Shown: piece after piece, positions 33,200-48,740 of the stretch | Numbering within the stretch: position 1 is the stretch's first letter | How the letters are laid out: every line of letters starts with the position of its first letter | Assembly: GCF_009914755.1 (NCBI RefSeq) | Contig: NC_060926.1 | Length of the DNA stretch: 64,000 nucleotides | From: the human T2T-CHM13v2.0 reference genome, Homo sapiens | Direction: 5' to 3' (one strand) | The notes under the pieces: model-generated | Database searches by the model: none | Told to the model about the DNA's origin: nothing | Seen by the model: only the letters and a program-made list of their open reading frames with translations | Made by a program: the position numbers and the translations under genes

Positions 33200-33808
33200 A
33201 GTAGGTGCTGTGGTGCACCCCTACCCGCTTTGCTTGGCCCAGTGCACCCTCCCCAGCTGTGTGAATGTCTGGTGCCAACACACTTACTACAGAAATTATG
33301 CCCCACCCCACCCTCCCACCAAGGCCAAGGCAGCCCACAACCATTGAGAGCACAAGAGGACAATCCCCTTCCCTCAATTTTGTCTTGAGGTTTACACTCC
33401 ATAACTACATTGTTTGATGTGGTAGCCATTAGCCATATTAACTATTTAAATTTACATCAAATTTAATTAAACATTTAGTTCCTCAGTTATACTAGCCACA
33501 CTGCAAGTGCTCAATGGCCATAGGTAGCCAGTGACAACTCTACTGGACAGTGCAGATTCTATAGAACATTTCCATTATCATGGTAAGTTCTACTGGCCAA
33601 CACTGCTTTAGAGTCTACCCCTATGGATCAGACCAACGTGAGGCTTCCCCTGAGGCAACGTCCTTGCTCTCTTTCCCTCTCCCTATCCTGCTTTCATGCC
33701 GCCCCTTTAAGTTTTTTAATTCTGTTTCTGAAGAACACTCCCTCAATAAGTCTTCTGCATTTGAATCCCTGTTTTGGACTCTGCTTCTAGGGAATTCTAT
33801 CCAAGACA
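33200..33808 (+). mobile_element. ERVL LTR16-like LTR with nested MER3 (~33405-33605)
   Basis: End CTCTGCTTCTAGGGAATTCTATCCAAGACA; MER3 motif CTAGCCACACTGCAAGTGCTCAATGGCCA. Confidence 0.65.
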
Positions 33809-34374
33809 CTATCTCTATTGCTTTCAGCTTATCGTAAACCAAGGAGTAAGCGTTTATGCATGGAAGCCTTGGACTTCCTTACTCTAGAGATAACATGTAG
33901 TCATGCTTTCTGAAGTATAGCCTCGAAGAATCAGTGGGCCTAAATTTCATAAAAGGAAAGGGGTTCTGAGAACGTAATGGAAAGTTTCATTTTCACACCT
34001 GAGAGGAAGTGACTGAGGGGTGCAAGTCTCTGCAAGAGGCCGGGTCCTGTGCTCCACTTGCATGCAATGGCAAGATGGGGGCACTAGCTGAGGTGTGCTG
34101 GGAGAGTCCACAGTAAGAGCCACGGGTGTGAAAGCAGAATACATGGTCCGCGGTGGGAGACAAGCTGTTGATGGTAGAACCAAGCAGAGGAAAGGGGCAG
34201 TGGTAATGATGTGGCCAACAAGGACTAAGCGGTAGGCCCCCACCACATTTGTATCTGGAAGTAAGGTATGCTCTAATGACAGAGGGGAGGGAGCCCCAAT
34301 ACTAATACTGAATAACCAGCCTGGTGAGTGGACTTTCAGAACTGGATAAAATGTGTTATAAACACACATGTGTA

Positions 34375-35090
34375 GCCATCAGGGAAATGTAAATCAAAAC
34401 CACAAGCGGATTTCACTTTACACCCATGAGGATGGCTATGCTCAAGAGGAAAAAAAATGTTGGCGAGCACGTGGAGAAATTGGAACCCTCAAGCATTGCT
34501 TGTAGGAATGTAAAATGGTACAATCACTTTGAAAAACAGTCCAGCAGTTCCTCAACAAACTACACATAGAGTTACCATACGACCCAGCGATTCCACTCCT
34601 AGGCATGTACCCAAAAGAAATGAAACATATGAAATGATACAAAAAGAAAAAAGTGTGTAGGTGAATGTTCATAGCAGCATTGTTCATAACAGCCACATAA
34701 TAGAAACAACCCAAAGGTCCATCAACTGGTGAATGGATAAATTAAATGTGGTATAACCACACAATATTATGCAATGACAAAAAAGAATGGAGTATTGACA
34801 TGTGCTACAACGTCAATGAACCTTTAAAGGACACAACATGAATGGATCTTGAAATGTCAAGAATAGATAAATCTATGGAGACATAAAGCAGATTAGTGGT
34901 TGCCAGGGGCTGGGGAGGTTTGGAGGAAGTGTGGAGTGACAGATAATGAGTTACAAAGTTTCTTTTTGGGGTGATGACAATGTTCTAAATGTGATTGTAG
35001 TGATGGCTGCACAACTCTGAAAATACTAAAAAAACACTTTAAATGGGTGAATTGTATGGGATATGAATTACATCTCAATAAAGCTGTTAG
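34375..35090 (+). mobile_element. L1MB/ME 3' fragment
   Basis: AGGGAAATGTAAATCAAAACCACAA...CTCAATAAAGCTGTT. Confidence 0.85.
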
Positions 35091-35598
35091 AAACACACAC
35101 AGACACACACAAGCAATGTGAGTTTTTTGCACTGTAGCTGTGTGACAAAATCATTTACATTGCAATATTTGTTTATCTTTAAATTTATACCTGGGGACCC
35201 CTCCTGTATTTTTTCAGATGAGCCTGTGACTCAGGCTGAATGACTGGCAAAGGCACAATAACCTCTCAATTTCTTGAACATGTTCTATTTTATCTCTCTC
35301 TTCTGAAGTAACTGGTCAGATAAATATTAAATCAGACATATTGTCTGATGAATCGATCACCAAGAGATTCATGCAAGGAATGTAAAAGCTAGTGTGAAAA
35401 TAAGGGCATGCCACATTCATCCTCAAACAGGAACACATACTGGGAAGATTATGAAATGTAATAGCCTCAAAATAAACTTTCTCATCCTAAACAGGAAATA
35501 GATGTTAAATAGAGAAAATCAATTTATTCCCTATTCTGACCTAAGTCTTCCCTTTGAGTCTTCAAATAAGTAGGTTTTCCCTTCCCAAATAGTCCAAC

Positions 35599-35906
35599 CT
35601 GGAACTGTTCCATAGAAATAAAATGCAAGCCACACATGTAATTTTAAATTTTCTGAAGGTCACATTTTAAAAAATCAAAATAAAACTGTGAAATTAATTT
35701 TAAGAGTATATTTTATTTAACCAAATAGATCCAAAATATTAACAATTCAACATGCAACCAATATAAAAAATTATTGAGACATTACTTTTTTTAGTATTAA
35801 GTCTTCAAAATCCTGTTTATAGTTTACACTATTAGTGTGATCTAATAATAGATCTCAACTTAAACTACATTTCAAGTGCTTGTGGTTGCTGTATTGGACA
35901 GTGCAG
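35599..35906. mobile_element. MER33
   Basis: ATAGAAATAAAATGCAAGCCACA...TATTGGACAGTGCAG. Confidence 0.8.
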
Positions 35907-35947
35907 TTCCAACTACTACCTTAAACTTAAAATCTATCCATCACTCT

Positions 35948-36264
<317 letters not shown>

Positions 36265-36712
36265 ATCTATCCATCAGTCAGTAGACCAGTGATTATTTTC
36301 AGTGATCAAGCACAGATAAGTTTGTCTTCCAGGGCCTCATCTAAAACTACCTGAACCTTAAGATCCCTTTAAGCTATAAAATTCTGAGGCTCTGGGATTT
36401 CTCATTCTAAAATCTCCTCCAGCATATCTAACCAGTCTGATTTTTAGTCATGCCTCCTACCAATCAACCAAGATTTGAAATACTTTTGTATGTGTTTGGG
36501 CCTGTGTAAAAATTGGCCCATGTTCAGATGATGTGGTCCATCTGCAAATTAAGGAATGAGACAGGCCGAGGAAAAGAGAATATTTTGGTTCATGGCTTAA
36601 GGATAATTAAATCAATTTTTAAACCATTTTTTATTTAGTTTAAAAGCAATGAGCTTTACCTACATGTGTGTGAAATGTAATAATGTATCCATTAAGTAAA
36701 TACAAACATATA

Positions 36713-37042
<330 letters not shown>

Positions 37043-38784
37043 CTAACAAACATACACACAAGGATATTTATTGCTGTGCTTTTATTATAGTAAAATACTA
37101 AAAATTAATTAAATGTTCACCCAAAGACAGTTTTTTTTAAATGAGTGACACAATTCCAGACTAAGGTTGAAAGATCCCCGAGATATTCTGTAAACTGAAA
37201 AAAGCTAGATCCAGGACAATGGATATCTTTACGTGCATGAGGAAAAAAATGTGTTTTTATAACATATTTTATCCAGTTCTGAGCCAATTTCTTGCAATTT
37301 CTTATAATAATTTCTTACAATTTCTTACACATTCTTATAATAAATTTATACACATACACACACATTTAGCTATTGATTCTATTTTTCTAGGGAACCCTGA
37401 CTAATATAGGTAGTTCATACAAAAGCCCATCACACAGTGGTATTAACAAGTGTTCAGTAAGTGGTTCTGCGGTTAAGGCTAGCTTCTTGTAACCTCAGGC
37501 ATTCCTTGATTTGTACATTCATCGCTCCAATCTTCCATCTTTACATGAGTATTTTCTCCCTGTGTGTCTTCACATTATCTTCCTTCTGTGCATGTCTATC
37601 TCTATGTCTGAATTTCCCTTTTTTATGAGGACATCAGTCACGCTGAATAGGGCCTAGCCTATGCCCTCATTTTAAATGGACTGCCCTTTTCCTATTAAGT
37701 TGCATGACCCTATTTCCAAGCAGTTACCACATTCTGAGGTAACTGTGGGTTTGAACTTCAACATCTATTTAGGGGGACACAAATCAATCTATTACATGAT
37801 CCAATGACAGCATCCAGGGAAGACAAAAACCTGAGAAAGGGTTGGGAGCCAGCAGCCACAGGCAGAATTACTACATTAGTCATCATGCTGTAGATTGCAT
37901 TTCATTAGAGAGTTAGGGTTTGGCGGGGAATGGAGGCAGCTAGATATGAGCACCTCCTTTCATCTTTGTTTCTAGCCAAGGAAACCAACTGCAATTCTGA
38001 AGAACACAAAGGGAAGCACTCCAAAACATACTGCAAAATACCTATTCCCTAAGGCCAATGCAGTTGGCCTGTGCTGTACTGAAACTAAAATGAAAAGAAA
38101 AAGTAGTGGAAAATGCAACTTTGTACTTATTTTTCTCCAGTCCCAAGGGTATAATGAAAACAGACACTTTCAGCTCAAGATTTTGCTGCCAGGATTCTAG
38201 CCGGATTTCTCACAATGCCCTAGCCAACTATACGTTCATTAATTATTGGGAATCCAAGCTCCAAAGGAGGGATTTTCACAACCCATTCAGATCCCATCAG
38301 CATCCAAATCTTCCTAGAGGGGATATTTGCTGATTTTATTTCATCCAATTGACTATCCTGGTTGGAGCCCTTAAGTATGCATCACTTAGATATTACTCAC
38401 TCAGAGTTTCATTAAGGACCAAAGAAAGCCATCCAAACACATTCTGAAGCAATAGCCAGATCTGCTGAGCCCTAAAGCAAGGAAAATTCTGGCCTTTCAT
38501 GCTTAAGATTCTCTTCTTGGCAACCATCTTTAAAGACAGAGCATCTTTAAATGGTCTGTCAGACAAGCCCTTGATGCTGTTCATGTTTATATTTGTGAGA
38601 TTACTTGTGAGGTGGGAGTGGAAGGAAGAAGGTAAAGATGAAGGCAAAAAAGGTGAGATACACTGGGGAGGTGAAGGTGGAGATGAGTGGATTGACACCC
38701 TGACAGATGGTAATCAATGGCCTTGATTACACACAATGACCACTGTGAGGGTAAATTCAGAAGTAAAAATAATAATTCCTCCTT

Positions 38785-39000
38785 ACATTTACTGAACACT
38801 TATTAAGTGCTCTGAGTATTATCTTATATAAGCCTCACAGTAACTATGAAGTGGGAACTATTATTGCTCCCATTTTAAGGATGAGAATACTGAGACTTAA
38901 AAAGATTAAGTGATTTACCCAAGGTTGCACAACCACTTAAGCAGTAGTGACCAGACTGAAAACCAGACACTCTGACTTGGAAGCCAGCCTCGCAACTCCC
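38785..39000 (-). mobile_element. MIR
   Basis: CCCATTTTAAGGATGAGAATACTGAGACTT core. Confidence 0.8.
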
Positions 39001-39065
39001 ACTCTTTATTATTTTTTATGTAATACTTGATATATACAATGTACGTATAAGACACATATGTTATC

Positions 39066-39470
39066 GTCTTAGTCTGTTTTGTGTTGCTATAAAATAATAC
39101 CTAAGGCTGACTACAAGAAGCATGGCACTGGCACCTGCTTGGCTTCTGGTGAAAGCCTTGGACTGCTTCCACTTATGGCAGAAGGTGAAAGGGATCCAGC
39201 ATGTGCAGAGATCACATGGAAAAAGAGGAGGAAGCAGTGGCAGGCTGAAGGGAGTGGCAGGGAGGAGAGGTGTCAGGCTCTTTTTAACAATCGGCTCTCT
39301 TGGAAACTAATGGAGTGAGAGCTCACTCACTCTCAAGGGAGGGCATTAACCTTTTCATGAGAGATCCACTCCTATGACCCAAACACTTCCTACTAGGCCC
39401 CACCTCTCAACAGTACCACACTGGGCATGAGGTTTGGTGGGAACAAACAAACCATATCTAAACCACAGCA
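39066..39470 (-). mobile_element. MSTB-like MaLR LTR
   Basis: GTCTTAGTCTGTTTTGTGTTGCTATAA...CCATATCTAAACCACAGCA. Confidence 0.85.
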
Positions 39471-40280
39471 GTTATAAAGCACAGTAATAACATAAATACC
39501 TGTGAACCTATCATGCAACTTAAGAACTGTCCCTCTTTGTCTGATACCTTTAAGTCACCTATGTGCCTCTACTCATCCCCTCTCCTCTCTACCCCAGCAG
39601 GATCCATCATTTTGAATTTTGTGTTTATCATTCTCTTGGTTTTAAAAAATAGCTTTACCACATAGGTAAATATCCTTAAAATTTTAGTTTTAGTTTGTTT
39701 TTTGAGCTTCCATAAAATGGGGTCAATCTTCTATATACAATTTGTCACTTTTTTTAACTCAATGTTATTTACCTAAAATTTGTTAATGTTGTATCAGTTA
39801 GCTGTACTTTAATCATTTTCACAGAGTCCATTTGTATAAATAGACCACAATTTATTTATACATTCTCCCATTGAGGAGCATTTGGGTTATTTCCAGTTTT
39901 TGCTGTTACAAGCAATGATGCTATAAACATTCTTGAACTTGCCAATGGGTGCACATGTGCAAGAATTTCCCTGGGGTACTGCATGGTGGTAAAGCATGCT
40001 TAATTTTATGAGATAATGTCAAATTATTTTCCAAAGTTTTTATACCCATTTACACTCCTCACTCATGTTGTAAGAGTCCTTGTTGCTCCACATACTCACC
40101 AAAAATAGATATTGTCAGGCTTCCTAGTGTTTGCTAAGTTAGTGGGAGCAAAATGATATCTCATTTGGTTTCAGTTTGTATTTGTACATTATTATTGTTA
40201 TTATTGTTACTATAAGTCACATCCAGACAATATTTGTTTGCATTTACCTCAGTTTAACCCTCATGTTTACTGGGTATTTC

Positions 40281-40738
40281 TGAAACTGGCCCAATATCCC
40301 CATATAACTGATGCTTATGGTCTTTGGATAGACATAGAAATTGACCCTCTTGGTCTTAAAGCTTGAAATTTACATTTGTCTTATCTGAGTTCCTTTCTCA
40401 GGAAACTGATCCTCAGGCCTCCTAGATAGTATCAAGGAAATGAAACTTACCAGATCACCACATCCAGATAATAAGACACCAGACCCCTCATCTGTCATGA
40501 TTGCTTCCTTACTGCTCCCTAATTCCTGTTTTCCCACACATAGTTACATTTCTTCCCTGCTATATAAATCCCTAATTTTAGTCAGTTGAGAAGACAGATT
40601 TAAGACTTACCTCCCCTTCTCCTTGGCTGCAGCACCTTGATGAAAGTTTCTTCCCTGGCAGTGCTTGTTGTCTCAGTGATTGGCTTTCTGTGCAGTGAGC
40701 AACAGGACCCAGATTGAACCCCTAGCATTTCAGTAACA
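40281..40738 (+). mobile_element. ERV solo LTR
   Basis: TGAAAC...GTAACA termini, TATATAAA box, 4-bp TSD TTTC. Confidence 0.85.
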
Positions 40739-41367
40739 TTTCTGTTCCTCATTTTTGCTTATATTTCTGAACTCCCTACTGGAATAATTTTTCTTCTTCC
40801 TGAATTACATCCTTTAGAACTTCATTTAATTAAGAACCATTGGTTGTAAATTATCTCATTCTTTGCTACTCTGAAGATGTCTTTATTTAGCCCCTTTTCC
40901 TGGGAAAGTACGTTTCCTGGAACACAGTAAGTTAATCAGTTTGAAGATATTATTCTATTGTTGTCTAGTTTCCCTTGTCAAGGAGTCTCCTGTCAGCCAA
41001 CTTGTTTTTATTTTGTAGGTGATCCTTTTCTCTGGCTTTTATTTAAGATCTTCTTTTGGCCTTTAGTATTTTGTTCTATTACACAAGAATGTGTCTAGGT
41101 GTGGAATTTTAGTCTGCTTAGTATATGTTGGTCTTCCTATAGCTGTGGATTCATGGCTGTCATCATATTTGGAAAATTATAATCCATGATATGTCAAATG
41201 TTGTCTCTCCTCTATTTGTTCATTCTATCTTTTGTATTGCTTAACTTCTCTGTCATACTTTTTATCTCCCTATCTAGCCCTTATCTAGCCCTAACAATAA
41301 TTTCTCATATTTTTTTGATAGCTCACCAATTTTAACCAATCCGTTGTGTTATTAATATCTAGGTTAT

Positions 41368-41652
41368 GGCTGGGTGTGGTGGCTCATACCTGTAATCCCA
41401 GCACTTTGGGAAACCAAGGCAGGAAGATCACTTGAGCCCAGGAGTTTGAGCCTAGCATGGGCAAGATGGCAAAACCTCATCTCTACAAAAAATTTAAAAA
41501 TTAGCCAGGTGTGGTAGTGTGTGCCTGTAGTCCCAACTAGGAAGGCTAGGATGGGAGGATCCCTTGAGCCCAAGAGTTCAAGGCAGCAGAGAGCTGTGAT
41601 CACACCACACCACTGCACTCCAGCCTGGGTGACAAAGTGAGACCTCGTCTCT
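41368..41652 (+). mobile_element. Alu (AluJ-like), followed by (AT)n/(GA)n to ~41772
   Basis: Alu dimer. Confidence 0.93.
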
Positions 41653-41738
41653 ATTTTTTTAATTACAAAAATTTTATATATATATAATTTATATATATAT
41701 ACTTATATATATATATCTACTTACCACTCAATGCTATG

Positions 41739-41772
<34 letters not shown>

Positions 41773-41991
41773 TGTTATAATTTTTCATTTCTTCATTTTA
41801 TTTCAAATGAGAAAATGAATGCCATTTCTGATTTTCCAGGTCACTTTATAGTCTCTTCCATGCACATTTTCTAAGTAAATTTTTTTTATCTTTGAATTTT
41901 CTTTAAAATGCTACGTGTCTAATAATTACAATGTCTAGAATCTGTGGGGTGTGGGTCTATATCTGTTTTTAGTTTCAGCTGACATTCAATA

Positions 41992-42242
41992 TGTATTCAT
42001 TTCCTAGTGAGTTCTATAACAAATTACGACCAAATTGGTGACTTAAGACAACACAAACTCTTTCTCATACAGTTTGGGGTCAGAAGTCCAAAAGCGCTAA
42101 GCTAAAGTCAAGGCTGATTCTTCTGGAGGCTGTAGGAATGATGTTCCCTTGCCTTTTCTAGCTTCTAGGGGCTTCCATCATTCCATGGCCAATGACCCCT
42201 TCCTTGCATCATTCCATACTCCAACCTGTTGCATCTTCTACT

Positions 42243-42281
<39 letters not shown>

Positions 42282-43040
42282 TTTTTGTAAAATGAGATGA
42301 GGTCTTGCTATGTTGCCTAGGCTGGTCTTGAACTCCTGAGCTCATGCGATCCTCCCACCTCAGCCTCCCAAAGTGCTGGGACTACATGCATGAGCCACCC
42401 TGCTTAGCCAACATCCTCTACTTCTGTAGTCACACTTTCCTCTGCCTCCCTCTTATAAGAACACTTGTGATTACATCTAGGACCCATTTGGATAATACAG
42501 AATAATCTCTTCATTCAAGATCCTTAACTTAATCACACCTGCAAAGTCCTTTTTGCCATGTAAGGTGATACTAACTAACAGTGCAGTGTGACAGGCTGCC
42601 CTACCAGGTTACTTAAAAGTATATGCCCGCTGCCTGAACCCTGAAGGCCAGATAGTAAGTCACGGCCATGGTACCCAGCTGAGGAGCAGGTGTCCCTGAG
42701 AGCCTAAACATCCCAGGGAGTATGTGAGAACCTACCAAAGAAAACAGTACCATCACACAAACACAGTAGGCAAAGAGCCCGAAAATTAGCTTAACAGCAG
42801 CTTAGAGAAGGGAGGTGGCACAGATCTCTTGAGCTGTGCTGCTGCCACTCAGGAGTGCCCTGCCCTGTATGTCTCAATAAACTCATCTACTTGCCAAACA
42901 CAACTTCCCTAAATCATTCTTTGGTCTTTCGGCACCTTCCCAACTTGGGAGGGATAGGGGATGTTACAGTCTCAAATTTTTCTCATAACACACGGATCCA
43001 GGGCTTAGGACTGAGATATTCAGGGGTGCCATTTTCTAGC
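41992..43040 (-). mobile_element. MLT1 LTR with nested Alu monomer (~42242-42410, -) and LTR32-like ERVL LTR (~42587-42990, +)
   Basis: MLT1 motifs resume after each insert; inner LTR has TG...CA termini and AATAAA. Confidence 0.72.
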
Positions 43041-46000
43041 TCATTACACACTTACTGTGTCAGAGACTCAGTTGACAACAAGCATCCATTCCCCAACTCC
43101 CTTGCTAGTAAGGAAAATACTAATTTTTAGTCAAGCTTATTGTTGGCCAGTTAAAACTCCCTAGTTTTTGTTCACATCAAGATGTGATCATTGTGGTTAA
43201 ATTTTTGACAATAAATTTTAAGTGGCAGTACTGTGTGCAAACTTCAGAATGTTTTGGTTTTGTTTTTTTTTAAATAGGCCTGCCCTTCATCCCTTTCCTT
43301 CCACAATTGGCCTGGAATGTGAGCATCTGGAGCTCTAGCTGCCATCTTGGGTCACAAGAACAAGGAGCATAACGTAGATCTGAGATGATTCATAAACTGT
43401 AAAGAAACAGGTCCCTGATGAATTTCTGATGAATCTGTCCTGGACACCTATCTCATGACGTCTTTTAGATGAAAACAAATAAAACTGTGTGTGTCTAAGC
43501 CACCATTATTTGTTTGTTCTGCTGTGTGAGGCTAAACTTAGTCCTAACTCATATCATCATTATGTCTTTTGTTTCTTTGTATATTTGGGGATTTTTTCAT
43601 CATAATTATCCATTTGGTTTCACATAGTCTATAGGAATCCTGAAATCCTGAATTAATGACACCTTCCTCAAAAGGGATTTGAATTTATATATTTCTGGAA
43701 TTACGTATGCTAACAACAAGGGACAGCTTTAGCCTCCTTAATTAGGACACAGGGCCTGGCAGCAGCCTCAGAGCTTAGCTTTCAATCCCTCATTTGTGAC
43801 TGACACTGGCATTTCTCCTCCAAGTTTTGCAGTTTGCTTACCACTCAATGCTAGCTTTAGCTTACTATGCATGTTTGCATGTTGTTTTATTTTGTTTTGT
43901 TGACATTGGAAAGTTCCCTTTGTTTCTTGTAAGAGCTCAACGTATTTAAAAAAAGTTATAATCTGATTATATTGCCATTGTAGTGGAATATTACTTCAGA
44001 GTCCTGTTCACCATTCACCCAGAAGCGGCACTGACGCCCTTCCCATGCCAGTTTCACCATTAGATGTGCTACGAAGGCTTTATGTCAGATTGACCCATCC
44101 AATACTTTGATGCAAGCTTGGTACAAGCAGAGCTCTTCTGAAAATAATATTGTTACCACTTTCTATGTGGTAACAATTCACTCATGTATTTGTACTGGGG
44201 ATTCGGTTTGCACTCATTACTATTATTTTCTTTTAGAGTTTCTGGGACCTCTTTCAAATTACACGAGTTCATTCCTCTGCCTGCAAAGATTCGGACCCAT
44301 CCCCAGGGATGTGTATAATACAATTCTACTAAGGGAAATACACTATTACTCTGCAACTTGCTTTTTTAATTAATAATATGTCATTTTGCCTTTCAGTACT
44401 TATAGTCACCTCATTCTTCCTTCATAGCCGAATAGTATTCTGTGGTACATACCACAATTTATTAAACAATTTTACCATTGATAGACCTTTAGGTTGCTTC
44501 CAATATTTTGATATTATTAATACTGCTGTGCTATAATAAGCATATATATACTTGTATATGTGCACATATTTCTGAGTAAATTTATACTTATTGGTTCAAG
44601 GGGTATGAATATTTAACATTTTGATGGATGTTGCCAATTTGTCTCCACCAAAAGCCATGCTAATGTAATGTGTTTGTGACAGAGACTACTAATGCCAACT
44701 TAATATTAATTTTCCCAAATTCTATACTGAAAGAATCCCTATTTTATTTCAGAGCGGTGGTATGCCTAGCCAAAGGCAACATTTCACAGTCTCACTCTGA
44801 GCTAAGTGTAGTCACATGACTAACTTCTGTCCGCTGAACTATGAATGAAAGTGTCGTGTGGGGTGTGCTGCAGTGCCACTTACTGGAAGATGTGCCACTT
44901 TCCACCCTTCTATCTTTATTCCTTCTTCAAACCTTCTCAGTGGTTTGATGGCAAGGTCCTTGCAGTCATCATGAACCATGAAATCATCTTGAGGATAGGG
45001 GTAGTGGAGAAAAAAGAATGGAGCCTGAATCATGGAGAGACACTATGCAACTTTAGACTACCTACAGCTTGACTTTCATTATATGGGAGAATTAACCCAT
45101 TATTTTCCAGGTCTTTGCTACATGCAGGTAAATACTATTTCTAAATAACACAGCACCCCTTTCAATCATATAAACAATACACCAGTCCCATTGAGTACTT
45201 GCTGTGGTCCCCATCATGTGCTGTAGACTGTCACCGCAGAGCCCTTGCTCACTACCACAGTGGCTGTTCTTTCTGCATGGGTCAGTGCAACCAGGTAGGT
45301 GGGCTTGTACATTGACTCCTCATCCTTTCTTTCCCAATTGGTGACCTCAGTTCACAGGACTAGTAGAACAAACTTTAAATTTTCATTTTTGGCTCAGATC
45401 ATCTAGGGAAATTAGTCTACACAAATACACACACACACACATACGCACATCCAGTACATACAGAAAACCAAATGGCTTTTCAGAATCCACAAATCTTCCC
45501 ATACTTGAAGCAATCCTTACTTCAGTCTGAAGAGTTTTCCAAAATAACCCCTCAGCCCCTTTTAAGAGAAGACCTATCTAATGAAAAATATAAACGTTCT
45601 ATGGAATAAAACATTGCAGACTTAATAATTCAAAACTGCTACTAAATCAATGTACTGCTTGTTGGTTTGTCAATATAGCTTTTTCAATTAGACAATTTTA
45701 TTACAGTGATGAATACCAATGGCACAATTAAGAGACTGCCGTTCTAAATTATGGTCTGTTTAGCCTAACAATCCATATTTGCTACTGAATAAATGTGATG
45801 ACTATAGCCTCCTAAAGATGAATGGGCCTCTATTGGCAGCTGCACCTGTCCCTGGTGAGGACTGGGCAGGAATGACTCTCATCATATTCCTTCATGGGAT
45901 CCTTCTGGCTGACCACTGTAATGGCATGTTGCCTCCCTTCACAGTGCCCTCTCCTACACCAGGAACACCTACCCTGCTGGTGATGGGTGTTGTAGATAGT

Positions 46001-46111
46001 GCCTGACAAGTAAGTTCCGAGTTCCACACCAAATCCCGCTTTTCCTGGTAAATGAAAACAGCACATGAGGTGAGGCACATTGGCTCTTTTTCCCAGCACT
46101 TAGGGAGGTCA

Positions 46112-46579
<468 letters not shown>

Positions 46580-47596
46580 TCAGAAAAGGTTAGTTGACTT
46601 TGAATCTATCAAACATATGGATACAGCAAGCCCTATTCCTCGAGGAAGGGGCAAGAGCCTCCACTTCTCCATGGCAACATTGTGTTATTGCTTTCCTCCT
46701 CATCCTTATTAGAAGTACCTGCTTTGGGGCCCATAAATATCAGTGGGCAGCATTTTTGCTTCTTCCCTGACTTTGCTGCAGGCTCTTAGCTTCCAAGTCT
46801 TCCATGTTTAATGCCAAAACAGGGTCACCTGCATTTAAGTGAATGACAAACCACCAGAAGGCAGACAACTTGGCTTCTTTCCTTGTTTTATGCCCCCAAA
46901 GCATGGGCAGGCAAGGTCCGAGTTGTCTCTGTTTGCCCTCTGTACCCACCCTCCCCGACACACTTCTGGGCCTCTCCTGGGAGGCTCTACAGAGGACAAT
47001 TCAATTCAGCTCATAAAGGTGGGGTAGGGCAACCAACTCATCTTGCTTTTCCTGGGAATTTCTGTTTTTCACATTAAAAGGCCAGCAGCATCCCAGGACA
47101 GATGGTCACCTGAGGTGGGGGGCACCACGGGCATGTGGATCTGAACGGCTTCTTTTGAGGGGCTTTGCCTATTGGGTGTGAAGCAGGCCTCGTGAGTCAG
47201 TGCCTGACCCTCTGGGTTTCCACTGGCTTCCGTCTTGACTTCAGAGACTCCTCCCTAAGGATCAGCACCAGGGTCACCGCCTCTGGTCTTGCTAGGCCTT
47301 GTAAATAACAACCCAGCCCAAGGGAGCAGCCCTTCTCAGCGTGCCCTTTCCTCATGGCAGATTGGCCGTTAGACATGAGCTGCACTACTTAACAACCCCC
47401 ATTTTCCCCTCACTTTCCCAGGTTGCTCATAACAGAACCATGAGGAGAGAGAGTTCCTGGGACCCCAAACTGAAGCCTGGTCTCCCCTGCTGGTAACTAA
47501 TGAGAGTCTCCAAGGGCTGAGGCCCGCATTTGTTACTGTGTTGACTCTTTTGTGAGCTATTTATCCTTTGGTAACATATGCCCTCATATAACTATA

Positions 47597-47944
<348 letters not shown>

Positions 47945-48117
47945 TATACCCTCATATTTAACATCAAATAGTTACTCAGCACCCACACTAGCTGCCCAGC
48001 ATGGCACCATGGGGCATATTCCCCTGCCCTTGAGGAGTCCCTTGTCTTTGTTCCTATGTCCTCTTCAGGGTTCTGTGACACCCATCCTAGGCACTTTATT
48101 TCTCACATACTTACTCT

Positions 48118-48529
48118 GGCTGGGCGCCATGGCTCAGGACTGTAACCCCAACACTTTGGGAGGCCAAGGCAGGAGGACTGCTTGAGTCCAGGAGTTCAAC
48201 ACCAGCCTGGGCAACATAGGGAGACCCTGTCTATACAAAAAATAAAAAATTAGCTGTGCATGGTGGCACATGTCTGTAGTCCCAGCTACTCAGGAGGCTG
48301 AGTTGGAAGGATTGCTTGAGCCTAAGAGGAGCTGCAGTGAGCCATGATTGCACCACTGCACTCCAGCCTGGGTGACAGAGTGAGACCCTGTCTCAAAAAA
48401 CAAAACAAGGCCAGGTGCGGTGGCTCACGCCTGTAATCCCAACACTTTGGAAGGCTGAGGCAGGCGGATCACTTGAGGTCAGGAGTTCAAGACCAGGCTG
48501 GCCAACATAGTGAAACCCCATCTCTACTA

Positions 48530-48575
<46 letters not shown>

Positions 48576-48740
48576 AGCTGCATGTAGTGGCACGTGCCTG
48601 TAGTCCCAGCTACTCGGGAGGCTGAGGCAGAAGAATTGCTTGAAGCCGGGAGGCGGAGGTTGCAGCAAGTGGAGATCCAGTCACTGCCCTCCAGCCTGGG
48701 TGACAGAGCAAGACTCCATCTCAAAAAACAAAACAACATA
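48118..48740 (+). mobile_element. Two tandem Alus (AluJ-like 48118-48407; AluS-like 48408-48740 with (CA)n linker)
   Basis: Direct reading. Confidence 0.93.

Larger units (their letters stand above)
39475..41950 (-). mobile_element. Old L1M fragments interrupted by an LTR and an Alu
   Basis: Reverse L1 3'/ORF2 motifs (CATTTGGGTTATTTCCAGTTTTTGCTGTTACAA). Confidence 0.65.

Noticed and set aside
37286-37345. Degenerate AATTTCTTA tandem repeats
   Set aside because: Low-complexity slippage with no further structure.
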